The position numbers and the translations under genes were made by a program. From NCBI RefSeq assembly GCF_963921235.1, contig NC_086097.1, positions 83,454,001 to 83,514,000 on the forward strand: DNA of 60,000 bases, read 5' to 3'. Shown here piece by piece: positions 12,698 through 26,719 of this stretch. Position 1 is the first letter of the stretch. Each line of letters begins with the position of its first letter. The stretch comes from Mobula hypostoma (lineage: Eukaryota). The notes under the pieces were generated by a model, which saw only the letters and a program-made list of their open reading frames with translations, was not told the DNA's origin and searched no databases.

Positions 12698-15600
12698 CAG
12701 TGGCGTATCTAAGGTATGGCAGATATGGCACGTGCCCTGGGCGCCACTTGAAGGCGGGGTGCTACTGAACAGTTTCTATTAAAGTCAGACAAGCCATCCT
12801 CAGATAGTAAAAAAAGAATTTTCTTCAGATCAATCTGTCTTTGACTATCATGGGTGAGAAGCACTAGGATGGCCTTATTTCAGAGCATTGCGTAAGAAGA
12901 CCATGAAATATTTCTTCACAAAGAAGAAGAAAAGTGGAGCTAAAGGATGGAAGAGACGAAAGTTGGAGGCGGAGGAAGCCAAGAATTCGAGCAAGTTCTT
13001 CATGCCCTTCTTTGAAAAGCCCGGAGCAGTAGTTCAACACGTTCCATGGAGTCGCCTGCACCTGCTAGAAGTTTGTTAGAATCCGAAGATGAATCAAGTA
13101 CAAATGCGTCACAAGCCGAGGAGGAAGTCAAGTCAGATAAATCCAAGCCTGTTGGATTAAGAGTAAGGCTGCCACAGAGAATGTGGACATGACAGGAGGG
13201 GAAGACGATGGTGGTGGTGGTGATGTTGAGTTTATTGACGAGATTTTACCTGATGAGATTGAACCTGACGACACTGAACCTAGTGAACCAGATGGTGTCA
13301 AAGAGCCTCGAACTGTCATACCAGAAGTGATTGAACAGCATGACATTGGACTTCTGAAGTTCGACAAGGATACCGAAAAAGCAATTCTGCCTGACGCGCT
13401 GAGAACAGAAATAATAAAGCTGGGTTCAAAGTATTTCCAGAACAGTGAGGGGCCTTTCCTACCAACAAATAACCGCTCAATGAACAAAACTTGGTTCAAG
13501 AGGAAATTGGGAAATGGTCGTGGTGAGGAAGTGACTCGCTCATGGCTGGTCTATTCCCCTTCTAAAAAGTCTGCATTTTGTATCTGTTGTCTTCTCTATT
13601 CCCGGTCAGACCATCAATCCTCACTGGAGCAGGAAAGTGGATTCAACCAGTGGAAAGCACCTGAAAGGATTAGTGTTCATGAAAATGCCAAGAATCATCA
13701 GGAATGCTTCACACAGTGGAAAGAAATAGAAAGAAATTTAGCTGGAAACAGAGGAGTTATTCATGCTGTATTTCAGTCACAGATTGAGAAGAAAAAGCAG
13801 AAGTAGCGTGATATCTTGACGAGAATCCTTCATTGCACAAAATTCCTTGTGACTCAGAACCTGGCTTTGCGAGGACACAGGGAGTCACTTCAGCTAGACG
13901 ATGACTCCAATGTGGGAAACTTCCTTGGCTTACTGAAACTACTGGCCATCTTTGACCCTGTCATAAAAGAACATAGGAACATAGAAAATAGGTGCAGGAG
14001 TAAGCCATTCGGCCCTTTGAGCCTGCACCGCCATTCAGTATAATCATGGCTGATCATCCAACTCAGAACCCTGTGCCTGCCTTCTCTCCATACCCCTTGA
14101 TCCCTTGAGTCACAAGGGCCATATGTAACTCCCTCTTAAATATAGCCAATGAACTGGCCTCAACTGTTTCCTGTGGCAGAGAATTTCACAGGTTCATCAC
14201 TGTCTGTGTAAAGAAGTTTTTCCTCATCTTGGTCCTAAAAGGCTTCCCCTTTATCCTTAAACTGTGACCCCTTGTTCTGGACTTTCCCAACATTGGGAAC
14301 AATCTTCCTGCATCTAGCCTGTCCAATCCCTTTAGAATTTTATACGTTTCAATAAGATCCCCCCTCAATCTTCTAAATTCCAGCGAGTATAAGCCTAGTC
14401 GATCCAGTCTTTCATCATATGAAAGTCCTGCCATCCCAGGAATCAATCTGGTAAACCTTCTTTGTACTCCCTCTATGGCAAGAATGTCTTTCCTCAGATT
14501 AGGGGACCAAAAATGCACACGTCATTCATCTGGAAAGTCATCCTGGATCCACGTCTTAGCTTTCACCAGGTGTCCAGAATGAATTCATCCACATGATGGC
14601 AACCATGGTTCGCCAGAGTTTACTGAGAAGCATTCATAAAGCCAAGTACTGATCAGGCACACCATGAGCAGATGTCAGAAGTAGTGAGGTATGTGGAAGT
14701 TGATTTTGAGAGGAAAACAGTCTGTGTTAGAGAGTCCTTCCTTGGTTTTATCCAGATAAACCAGAAGGATGCTGAGAACTTGGTTAAAGACATCTTGAAA
14801 CAGCTAGAGAAGGATGAAATAGAGCTACAAGATTGTCTATGACGGTGCTATGACAATGCTGCTGTGATGGCTGGACACAGAAGTTGTGTTCATAAAGAAT
14901 AAGTGAGAAAAACAACCTGGCAGTGCTTGTGAATTGCAACAATCACTCACTCAACTTGGTGGGTGTACATGCAGCCAAGCAGGGTACAACAATGGTCACG
15001 TTTTTTGGAACCATCGAAGCTCTCTACGTGTTTTTCTCTCATTCAACACAGCAATGGGAAAAACTCAAAAACGCTGTGCCTGTGGTTGTTAAGTCAGAGT
15101 CCAAAACCAGGTGGAGTGCAAAGACAGAAGCAGTGAAGCACGTTAACAAGTACCTTGAGGAGATATTTCTAGTTCTCCAGGACATGATAGACAATGAAAA
15201 TGAGACCAGTGAAACAAGAAGTGACGCAAGGCAGCTGTATAACCACATGTTGAGTTACGATTTTCTGATTTTACTAGGATTTTGGAACAAAGTACTCATT
15301 CGCATTGACCGTATTCAAAAGAGGCTGCAGGACTCTAGCATGAACTTCTGCGATGCTGCCCTGGATTTGAAAGCCCTCCGAGATCATTTTTATGATGAAA
15401 GAGAAGTGTTGGTCAGTGAGTCACTCAAAGAAGGAGTTGGTCTCTGTCAAGAATGGAATATTGAAATTGAAAGACGTCAGAGATGAAAGAAACGAATGAC
15501 CGAAGAGAACTCAAAAGACACTGGGTTAACAGCTAAGGAAGAAATGGAAGAAGTCATGAAGGGAACACTCAACCGTCTTCACCGAGAAATGGACAAAAGG

Positions 15601-16252
15601 TTTGCTCATTTGCATGACACTGACGCCAAGTTTGGGTTCCTTCTTAATGCCCGGGGACTGTGTTACGGCGCCGACAGTAATGATCTAAAGAAGAGGTGCG
15701 AAAATTTGGGCGAACTGTACAGCTCTGATGTTGATGGATAGCAGCTATATGAAGAAATTTTGGATTGCAGAATGTTGCTATCAAGGTGGGTCAACATGAA
15801 AATATCAAGACCTGAAGAGCTTCTTGAATTTATTGTTCAGTATGGAGATGAGAGCGCCTTCCCCAATCTTCGCATGGCTATTCAGAGAATGCTAACCATC
15901 GCAGTTTCCATCGCCAGCTGTGAGAGATCACTCAGCAAGTTAAAACTAATACTTACATATTTGAGAGCCTCAATGGGTCAAGGCAGACTCTGTGATCTTT
16001 TCTGCTGATTGTAGAAAGAGAAGAAACTGAAAAAACCGACTTTGATCACATCATAGACCAATTTGCATTAGTGAAAGCAAGAAAGGTACAGCTATAATTT
16101 TCATGTAGTGCCATAATTTGTTAATTAAAAGATTAACAAGCTTGACTTGTATTTTTGAGCTGATATTATGGTAAAGTTATCTAAAAAATGGGTGTCAGAT
16201 GTTTGGACAGGGGAGCTTGCCATAAGCGCTATTTTCTGTAGATACGCCCCTG
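12698..16252 (+). mobile_element. Full-length decayed hAT DNA transposon (ZMYM1/TTF-zinc-finger type transposase)
   Basis: TIRs cagtggcgtatcta / tagatacgcccctg (13/14 match); perfect 8-bp TSD gagatggg (12690-12697, 16253-16260); transposase pieces RSWLVYSPSKKSAFCICC, NLALRGH, GNFLGLL, CNNHSLNL, TRWS, SCERSLSKLKLI with stops and frameshifts. Confidence 0.95.
13974..14518 (-). mobile_element. CR1 3' fragment inserted into the hAT transposase
   Basis: ORF 14186-14518 closely matches the C-terminus of 2869-3807; hAT frame DPVIKEH resumes as VIHLESHPGSTS after the insert. Confidence 0.93.
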
Positions 16253-18749
16253 GAGATGGGAGGAATAGTCACTGATTACATTGTTGACCTGAAGAGCCAC
16301 TGTAACTTCAAAAAGATTTTTAGATGGTCCACTGAGAGACTAACTCACATATAGTTTAAGAGGCTAAAGGATACGGCAAATCTGTTGGACACAAAAAACT
16401 CAACCTTTGATTTAGCTTATGGGATTGCAACTTCACTGGAGATGGTTGTCAAAAACGCAAGGAAGCTCACAGCACAGATAGCTCTGAAAGCTTTAGTCTA
16501 GAAAGATCATCATATGATTGCAAGAGATGCAACTCCATGTGGACATTGTAGCAGCAGCCATTCACCGCGCAATTACCATTTTAGCATCCAAAAGCTACTC
16601 ATGCTGGGAAGGAATAACACACAGGGGCAGCACATAAATCAAAATATAAAGTAACAGATAACAGCTTTACTTTAAATACAACACCAACATGAATGGGAGA
16701 ATTCTCTCATAAGTAATGACAAACAGGAAATCAGCACAGCATTACAATTGTAGCAGATGAGAAAGAATTTAATTTGTATAGATATACTATATGCAATTAT
16801 ACACATGGACAACTGGACTTTCAGGGCAAGATTCTGGATGATACAGTTCCAAATTGCTCCTAAGAGGAGTTGAAGTCAGCAGAGATCAGCTGTGATCATA
16901 CTGAAAGACAGGGCAGGCTTCAGCAGCCAAATGTTGTATTCCTGCTCTACTTTCTTGTGATTTTTGTATTGCTACAGCGGGTACAGAGGATAATCAACAT
17001 ATTTCGGAGGAAATGCTGAAATAACTTCACTTCTACACACAAAGTTGAAAGAGTTTAAATGTGTCTTTGCAATACCTGGGGAGATGCACCTCAGTATGAA
17101 GATAGATGCTAAAATGCTGAAACCTAGTAAAATCAGTTTGATTCTATTGTGATAGCCAAACATTCTGAAAGTGTTGCAGAACTTTGTTTCATTCTGCAAA
17201 TTACCCAAATTATCACCTAAGCAACAATCTTTATACTTCTTAAATATTAGAAACAGAATTGAAGTGATGCACCACAGAATGATCATCACTAGCACCATCA
17301 GTGTAGCGAATCTCTCAGTTTACTATGATTCAGTAAGAAACACTTTATTTGGAAGTAAATTGTGATGAACTATCACTGCAAACAGTGAAGAGGCGAACGA
17401 AGGCGAAGCAAGTTCAGAGATGTGCCGTGTTGGTGTGCTGCAAAATCAACGCATTGGAGTTGGAGCCGTGCTGGATGGAGTGAACGACTCGGAAAGGAAA
17501 AGCCAAGGCAGAGGAGTTCCGATGCCCATCCAACTAACCTGGGTGCAAGGGCGGATCACTCTAAGTGCCAGGCTGACTAGGAGAGGTTGAGAACAACAGT
17601 GGAATCTAGGCCTTAAGTGAATCACTGGGTAGTGTGTTCTAGGTCTGGAGCGATTCGCCACGGGTGAGCCCAGGTCCTAATGCAATGCAGAGAGATTCAA
17701 GATTGTTTAATACCATTTCCACTATTCAAGTGTAAAGAAGAACAAAATAATTGTTACTTCAGATCCAAGATAAATAAGATAAAGAACACAATAATGATAA
17801 AAAAAATGATAAATTACTCTTCCAAACAAGTACTGATTTCTAGTAAATCTGCTTTGCACCTTTTGTCATGTGTCCATGATCGTATTAAATGGACATCGCA
17901 ACTGTTCAGAAAACTGTGTGATCCTGATACAAGTTCAAAATGCCATACATAGAAACATAGAAAACCTACAGCTGAACATGTCCTTACCTGAGAAATTACC
18001 TAGGGTTACCCATAGTACTCTACACCTCCAGTGCTTAGTTCAGGATTTTATTAATCTGCATTACTTTGTTTAGAGATGCATAATGGACAAGAGAAAAATA
18101 AGTTTAAGCATTTGGAATGCTTGTCTTGTACAAAAACTCACAATGTGAACAGACATCTTACTTGGCTCAAGCAGCAGTGCAGGTCTGGAACTGATGTACA
18201 GAAATAGGCAGCCTTTGCTTTGATTGACTGACCCAGAAAGTTTAACAGCTCAGACACACAGCTGCGAATTTTGTTAAGATTTATTTGCAGGTTGGCGTTG
18301 TAAAGGAAGCCAGAAACTTCTTCTAGTGTCATTTATTTTTCTGTAAGTTCCTTTTATCTTCACAGAACTAAAATTCAACATGACCCCATGGGATGTCAAA
18401 CTGGAGGTCATGAATCAGTAACTGTTACAAGCTCTGCATCTCCAAACACACATTTGTTACCTGCGAGGCATGGTGAGACAGCTTGGATTTGTGCCTTAGA
18501 CCTTTTTCCCTTTTGGTTCTCTGGTAGTAAGGACCTTCTTAGGTTGAAGGAAAAAGGATTGGTTGGTGTGTTAGGCATAGTGGTGTGGAGATAAGTATAA
18601 AATCCAGCTGCTCTCCTTTTGATAGATGTTAGTGCCATAGAACAATATGACTGAAAATGATGGATAGAAGATGTACAGAGCCTGAGTTGAGGATGTGAAG
18701 TGGATTTGTGCAACATTACAAACTTTTTGCAAAGAAAGCAAATTTAAGA

Positions 18750-18960
18750 CATCAGGTCAGTTGGTCACATGGTATCCTCTGAGTCAGATGGTCATGGGTT
18801 CAAAGGCAACTCCACAGATTTGAGAATAAAACCCCAGATTTTACTCAAATGCTGAGTAAAGAGTGCTGCATTGTCCAAGTTGCTTCTTTCAGATGACAAG
18901 TTTAACCAAGGCCCCTTCTGCATGTAACAGCACAGGCCTATTTACTCAAGGGAAGCTTAA
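18750..18960 (+). mobile_element. Ancient tRNA-derived Deu-domain SINE (SacSINE1-like) remnant
   Basis: tcagttggt...ctctgagtcagatggtcatgggttcaa tRNA-like head followed by gagtgctgcattgtc...tttcagatga...aaccaaggcccc. Confidence 0.55.
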
Positions 18961-20224
18961 GTTATGAGTGCAGAGAAAGGGAGGGTCAGAGAACAAAGAT
19001 GACATCTGTTTGGATGCAGACCAAAGTTGTCAAAGTAACATTTGCTTAGGACGAAAAACATAAGTTGGATAGAAAGAAAAGCAAATTTAAACAGAAGTGT
19101 GGGAGCCTATATGTGAAGAGTAGAAAAAAAAAGAGCTTGGCTGAAATTATTAAATTGCATATTAAATTCCAAAAGCTGTAACATAACAGATGTGATGCTG
19201 TTCCCAGAGCATATGTTGGAATATATTGGAAAACTGCAGGACACTGAAGATAGCAGTCAAAGTGGGAATGGGATGGTGAATTAATGTGACAGGGAGTAGA
19301 AGCTCAGGGTAACCCTTGAAGATTGAGTGGGGATGTTCTGCAATGGACAGAAAATGGGCAGGAAATCACATTGCAGGTTCAGAATGCAACACCCTAAATG
19401 ACAATAGGAAACATTTAGTATAATATTTTTCTTCCTTGTATTGATGTACTCTGTGCACTGATACGTTTCCAACGTTTAATGTCTACACTTCAGAAGTACT
19501 TCATTGGCTGCATGGTGCTTAGGACATTCTGATGGGGCAATAAGTGATGCCACGTAAATCTGCGTTTCATTCCTTTGGAAGGATCTATTATTTTTGTGAG
19601 TTTTGCATAAGGTATAACAATCAGATTTAGTGCAATATTTAAGGCCAAGCATCATAAGATTTAATGCCTCATAGGGCATGAACTTAAGATGAAAGGAGGG
19701 AAGTTCAAAGGAGATGAGTAGGACAAGTTCTTTTTACACGGGGAGTGGTGGGTGCCTGGAATGCAATGACAGGGGTGGTGGTGGAAGCAAATAAAATAGA
19801 GACATTTTAAAAGGTGCTTCTGTAGGCACATGATTTTGCAGCAAATGGGGGGATGTGGACCATGAGCAGGTAGAAGGGGTTAAGTTCCATTACCTTAATT
19901 CATGCAGAAGAACATTGTGTCTCAGTGCTGTATATTATATATTGTTCTCTTACAACCCAGCATTTCAGTCCGCATGACAGCATTCTGTGACCCTACAAAT
20001 GTGTCATGACCTACTCACCTTCTATATTCTGATAATTACTTGTTATTAGATTGAGGCTCAGGTTATAAACCAACAAGTTTATTGACCACAAATACATTTT
20101 TTCATGCAAAAATCTCTCATCTCTTCAGGAGACTGTTTACTCCCAATAAAGTGCTTCTTCAAGCCAAGTTACGACTGTAATGTTAATAAATTGACAGCCA
20201 AGTTGTGCCAACAAGCTCAGATAT

Positions 20225-21330
20225 AACCCAGGTTAATTAAACCCAAAGATATAATGCTAGAAAGCTCCACCTGAGGAGGGATGAAGACAAGGTTACCAAA
20301 CTTTTTTGCAGAGCCGTGGCTGACGCAGACGCAGACACAGACAAGCGAGAGAAACGCAGCAAACTATGAGAAACTAAAGATATACACTATTAAAGGTGGA
20401 ATTATTAGTGAGTATCTCTAACCTGCTTACTTGAAAACCTCAGGGTGAGACCCCCAGAGGAGAGATGATAGCGATAACAATCTGTTGAAGCTGCAGTTAT
20501 AACACGCAGCAGCTATAACGACACAATATTGGCAGAGACAAGTGTCCAAGATCTCCCCCGTGTAACCGGGAATTAGTTCTTCAAATCACAACAAGGTATT
20601 TGGTCAGGTTTTCTTTTTTGTGTAAGTATTGTGAATTGACTTTCCATGGATGATCAACTATTTCATCCAATGAATCAAAAAGATGGCGAGCCTCCAAGAT
20701 TAGGACCCAGCGCAGAACGAAATGTTTAATGACATAGAGCATTTAATAAGGTTGGATGTATATTTTCATTCGAAGGATTTGAATCTGCAAGAACTGAATT
20801 TTTTGCAAGGACTTTGATAAGTTACTGCACGAGATTTACTTTGTTTAAAAGTTGTGATGCCAGAGAATTGTCGTGAAACGAGTAAAGCTGTATATATATA
20901 TATATATATAATTTTTGAATTTGTAGACATACTGACTGGAACTGAAATGGAAGTTAAGAATGGGAATTGGATTAGTTTTCTAACTAACCAGGGATAAATA
21001 AAAAATGAAAGGTTAGCCTGTAAACCTTCAAATAGGGAACAACACCAGATCTAATTAGTTAGAAAAATTGGAGTAACTCCTCATGTTTGGATATTCTAAT
21101 GAATATCACTGATTCTAACTAAACAGGAATTTAGTTTTTGATTGGAATCTGAGATTTGGAACCTGAACAGAGTGTTGGTATTTTGAATTGTATATATTCA
21201 TGTAAATATTTTGTATATGTTGCCTTTTTAATAAACAAAACTTAACTCCGGAAGTGTTTGTTTTCTGTTCACTGCCTCCTTTCCATACCTAGAGCTTTTG
21301 ATGGCCTACTAGCACCTAGTGTATTATGTA
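20225..21330 (+). mobile_element. Possible solo LTR, about 1.1 kb
   Basis: Non-coding block with AATAAA at about 21230 some 100 bp before its apparent end and an internal (TA)n run; termini are degenerate and no TSD was confirmed. Confidence 0.25.
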
Positions 21331-23049
21331 ATTTGTTTTTCTGACAAAGAGTGCCACAACCAGTCACACTAGATAAGACCAGCGCTGCACAGGTATTACA
21401 CCAACAAACTGCAATATGATAAAGCCATGTCATTTAGTTTAACTGTTTTGGTTGCTGGAGAATTATAATTAAGTCAGCAAGTAGAGCTTCCCCTGTCTTC
21501 CAAAAAGCACATGGGATTTTTTAACGACAACTCACAGATGATGCAGCACTCAGTCTTACGAAAGATGGCACACATAATCCTTCACTGTGAAAATCTACCC
21601 TTTCCTCACATACTCTCCTTTCTGTTGTGAAACCAGCCAGCATTTTCTTAAGGTACTTCTCTCCGGACTCTACCTTCTCTAACCATATTGATTAGTCTGG
21701 TACAGGATACCTTATCAAAGGCCTTTTGAAAATCTAGGTAAACAACACCTACTTTATTTTTTCTACTTCTCTGCTACTTCTTCAAAAAGGAAATCAGTGC
21801 GTGGTTAAGCAAGGACAGGACAGGACACGACAGGCTTCCAGCCGCTAGCAACCAGGCTCTGGCCTTCAGGATTTGACTTCTGGACTACCAATCGACCTTA
21901 GGGCTTTGATCATCGATATCAACCCCTGCACTAGCCAATGAAGGGACCCAGAACTGCAGGCTTGCCGACTCACCAAACCTACCTTGTTTTTTTGGTAATA
22001 TTTCCACTTACATATCTTGGTTCCATATTCCTTAGTAAACCCTTTTTAAAAATCTATGGAAATTTTCATTATGATGCATAGTAAAATTTGAAAGTCTGAA
22101 GAGTGTTTCCAAAAAGTTAACTTATCAGAGGCTGAAAACATCTTTATCCACAATTACCTCATGAACACTGAACTCCAGGATACATTCATCAATGATGCCA
22201 GCATTAAACCTAATTTTCCATCTTTCAGTCTTCAGAGGCAAGGTGAAAGGCATGGTTTTTGATTATATTTGCTAAATATGGATGCAAAAATACCAATTAA
22301 AATTTACCACTGGGAAACAGAATTTAAGCTCTCCATTGGTTGGAGTCATATCTTGTACACAAATTGTTGGAGGCCAGCACTACAGCAGCTCCTTAGGACA
22401 AGGTCTTGAACCTAAACATCTTCAAATGTTTCATCAATGATAATTCTTCCATCATAAGATCAGAAACTCCTACCCTCTGTTCCTAAGAAGGAAAGAGCAG
22501 CTGGTGCATGAGACCACTGCCACCTGCAGGTTCTTCTCCAAGATGTGTTTCAGGTCAAATGGCAGGGGCATCAGTAAAACTGCACACCAATCATCAAACC
22601 TTCAATCTTAACAAACTTATTTAATGGACTTTGCCTTCTTGTCTGCCCCTAATATCTCTTAAAGAATGTAGAATTTTAGCATCATTAATAGTAAATTAAA
22701 AATATTAAAAAAACAAAATTACTCTGACTTCTGGCCTTTCTGAGTCCCAAGCTGAGCCGGAAACCTGTTCCTTCCCAGGGCCGCACTCAGTCTGAGGCCT
22801 CTTGCTTTCAGAGTGATCCATATGGTCAAATTGGGCAGAAGGGCCTGCTTCCATATCGTATGATTCAATGACGCTCATGGCTCAGCGATCCAGGTATGCT
22901 GCAAACCCTTGGTGGTCCGTAGGTTACTGCACCCAAATGTCACATACTGACAGAGAGGTTAGGAGCGTCCAAACTACAAGTGGTGCAACAGTGGGCCAAT
23001 GAGCTGCTGATCAGAAAGTGGCTGGATTGGTGAGACCCACAAACTCCAC

Positions 23050-24070
23050 CCCAGATGGGGTGGGAAGGTTGATGGTTTGCAACATGCTGCACTTTTATTC
23101 TTCTTCAATATTAAGCTTCCATGTGCTGCCAATGCCTGGACTCAAGGTTTTCACAGTCATCCTGTTCAGCTGCTGCTAGATTTTGAAAGGACACAGACCA
23201 CAGATTCCCAAGTGTCAGTGGGAAGGTTGCAATTTGTTTTCAAGGAGATTTGAAAGACATTGTTGAATCTTTTCCTCTGAACATTAGCTGATCTTGTCCC
23301 TTGATAGAGCTCAGAATACAGCGTTTGCTTTTGGAGTGAATGTCAGGCATGCAAAAAAGTAACCTATCCAATGGAGCTAACTGAATATAATTAGACCATC
23401 CAGGCTGAGGATGTTGATGTGGGAGAGGAGACTGACATTGGGTTTGCTCATCCTGTCAGTGAACAAGAAGGATTTTGTAGAGACATGGTTGGTGATGTTT
23501 CTCCAGTATCTTGATATGTACAGGGCATCCCCAGATGGCGTTCCTGAGATCTGTCCACAAACTCATCTTTCTGTAAGTCAGAAACAAATTGTTTCTCCCT
23601 AAATGATAATGTAAAATCTTTACCTTGGGTGACAAAAGGAGGTGTAAGACGCTCCTTCACACTAGCTTGCAGGTCACCGTTGGGCAAGGTGTGTATGGCG
23701 GCTGCAATTACCAGCCGCACCATCAACCGGGAATATTAAAGTGTCCTGTAGCCAACCATCCTCCTGATAATCCAGCAAACGACCAAGCTGTTGTATTACA
23801 CCAACCTCAGTCGATGGGGTTGGATAATTGGATTGTGCTGTTCTGCTACAGTCAGAGGGGTATTCTCTGGAGCTGCTTCACTTATGCCGTATCTTTTTAA
23901 GGAGGGGAATGTTTTCTCTCCCCTGCAATTTACTATGGACTGGCCAGCATTGAATATAAACCCGCAGTCAGGAGATAGTGGTGTCTCTTGGTTTGAGGAG
24001 TATTTACTCTGTTGTTGTAACCAAGTTCTGTTTAGCTGATTCAAGTTTAGACTCTAGAACAGTTCTGCTG
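23050..24070 (-). mobile_element. Degenerate RTE-like LINE remnant
   Basis: Weak resemblance of the reverse strand to RTE ORF pieces; heavily broken. Confidence 0.4.
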
Positions 24071-24779
24071 AGTTTGTAAACATTTTGGGTAAATAAAACC
24101 CCTCTTTTTTTTCACCTTTACCTGCTCTCCCAGTTTTATGCTTACCCTGCTCCTTCATAGTGTGGCACCTGCTTAGTCCCCCCACCTCCACACCCACCGC
24201 CCCAATCAGGGTCACGTGAAGTCATGGGACCAGGGGGTGGATGGTCGTATGAATAGCTGGTGCAGATCACAAGTCCTGGTTATGAAACCACTGACACCAG
24301 GCAGACAATCTCTGAAGAATTTTGATAATGGCTGGGGCTAACCATCTTGTAAAGACACTGCCCAGAATAAGGCCATGGCAAACCACTTTTGTAGAAAAAT
24401 TTGCCAAGAATAATCATGGTCACGGGATAAACCAGTATTACCTATATCATACAACACATAACAAAAGAAAATCTTTAGTCTCAACAGTCCTGAGGAACAG
24501 ATTTGTCGAGAGTAGACTGAAGGAGGTCAGCAGGCAATGCAGGTGATAAGAGTTGTTCCCAGCAAATGAACTGTGACAAATGTTAGTCTGAATGCAGCCA
24601 TCCAGGCTGGGTGATGGAAGGGGCTGATTTTCTAGTTTGCAAAATACTGTAATCGTCTTAATAAAAGAAAGTGTACGTTAATGAGAGGTGCTTAGTGTTC
24701 ACAAAATTTGAGCATACCTAAGGGAGAGTTTGGAGAAGATACTGCTTGTTTTCTATGGGTGATTTCTACATTGTTTCTT

Positions 24780-26495
24780 GGTGAACTCATTGCCAAACTC
24801 TTAGACATGGGACTCAAAACCTCCCTTTATAACTGGGTCCTTGACTTCCTCACTAACAAACCACAATCAATAGGGATAAACAACTATATTTACACCATGA
24901 ATACCAGCACAACACTGGTATCCCACAAGGATGCAACCTCAGCCCCCTACTCTACACCAATCTGTCCATCACTGTGTGCCCAGACTTTGCTCGAACTCCT
25001 TCTACATTTTTGCAGATGACACTACTGTGGTGGATTGAACCTCAAACAACAATGAGTCCGAGTACAGGAAAGAGATAGAGAGACTAGTGGCATGGTGTCA
25101 TAATAACAAGGTCAAGGTCGGCAAAACAAAATGACTAATCATTAACTTAGGAACAGGCACAGTGCGTACATTCCTGTTTACATAAGGTGGATGAGACCTT
25201 AAATTTCCCGGGAGCAAATTTCACCAATAATCTGTTCTAAGCCAACCACACGGATGCCATGGCCAAAACAGTTAAGAATCCGAATCAGGTTTAATATGGC
25301 CAGCATATGTTGTGAAATTTGTTGTTTTTGTGGCAGCAGTGCAATGATAATAAAAACTGTGAATTGCAATACATAAAATAGTTAAATTACATAATAAGTA
25401 GTGCAAAGAAGCTGTAAAATTGTATTCATGGGTTCAATGTCCATTCAGAAATCAGATGGCAGAGAGGACGAAGCTTTTCCTGCACCACTGCTTCTACAGA
25501 AAGCTAAAGAAATTGGCATATCCCCTTTGACCCTCACCAGTTTTTATCAATCAATCATTGAAAGCCCCTGGGCACGCTTTCCATCCGTGCTGGGTTGAGC
25601 GTCGAGCTAGCAACTGGACCTCGTAAAAAAGAAATTGCCTGCTACAGAAACATCAACAGCAAAAAGTTGATGGCCTATGCTCTCTCATGAGTTTAAAGGC
25701 AATTTCTCTCTCTTTCTTTCATAGAAAGCATCATGGCTTGATATGGCAACTGCTCTGCCCTAAACTGAAGGAAACCAGTCTCTGTCAGGCCTTCACGGGC
25801 AGAAACCTCCCAATCTCCACCCAACTAACACCTGCCACTCATTTCCAACTTATTATCTGCAGCCTATTTAAACCCAGCTCTCATCCACAGTCCATGATCA
25901 TCCATTGAACCAGCCAGCCTCAACCAGTTGCTCCTAGCTTTCAATTACCTTGTTGCCTGTTGCTTATCTGTTCTCCCTTGTTTTGTAGCCCCTCGTGGCT
26001 TGTCGTCTTGGAGTTTATTAATAAAGAGTCATTTACTCCGAAATAATTTCCACTGCTCTGCTTTTGGGTCAAGCCTACTCTGCAATCCCTGACAACCTCC
26101 CCTCCATGGAGTATGTCTGCACTTCTCACTGCCTTAGTAAAGCAGCCAACATGACGATCCATCCCCCCTGAACATTCTCTCTTCTCCCCACTCCCATCCG
26201 GCAGAAGCCAGAAGAGCTTAAAATCCCATACCACTTAGACTCAAAGACAGCTTCTATCCTGCAGTTATAAGAACATGCAACGTACCCGTTGTATGTTAAG
26301 AAGGACCTTTAACATTACAATCTACTTGCACATTGTTGTCTGCCTACAATGTACTCTCTGTAACTGTAATATTACATTCTCCTTTCTATTATTTTTTGTA
26401 CTACTTCAATACACTTATGTGATGAAATTATCTGTATAGAAGGCATGCAAAACAGTTTCTCCACTGTACCTCATAACATATGATAATAATAAACC
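24780..26495 (+). mobile_element. Degenerate Rex1-like LINE 3' part with nested inserts
   Basis: NWVLDFLTNKPQ, FADDTTVVG and a 3' end agactcaaagacagcttctatcc...aataaacca; paralogous to 39690-40545. Confidence 0.7.
25783..26094 (+). mobile_element. Solo LTR (Gypsy/BEL-like), 312 bp
   Basis: Termini tgtcagg...cctgaca, TATA-like tatttaaa at about 25865, AATAAA at about 26020; interrupts host gaaaccag(c)ctc|ccctccatgg with a degenerate 5-bp TSD. Confidence 0.7.
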
Positions 26496-26719
26496 AAGTT
26501 ACCAGTTTGAGGAGATTCGAATAGAGTACCTGAGAGTTGAGTCAGGGAGATTATGTGTAAAGTTGAATTTCTGTAAGTCAGGTCTTTCAACCCCTTATTC
26601 CAAGTCTCAGAATCACATAGACAAAGGCTGCCTGATATATTATAAGTTTTTTTTTGCTGGGTTTTATGTCTCGACACCAAACATTGTTTTCCTCAGTATA
26701 TAAGAACTTTGTTACACAG

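Larger units (their letters stand above)
12390..16700 (+). mobile_element. Highly degenerate Gypsy-like gag remnant split by the hAT insertion
   Basis: Broken frames after 16260 read TDYIVDLK..HCNF..LD..LRD..TFDLAYGIATSLE, resembling a Ty3/Gypsy gag. Confidence 0.45.

Noticed and set aside
12888..16008. ZMYM1-like host gene or domesticated transposase
   Set aside because: Multiple stops and frameshifts, a CR1 insertion, and intact TIRs and TSD show a dead transposon.
16760..23000. Short ORFs as possible exons of another gene
   Set aside because: No recognisable domains or consistent splice-phase chain; looks like intergenic DNA with old repeat debris.
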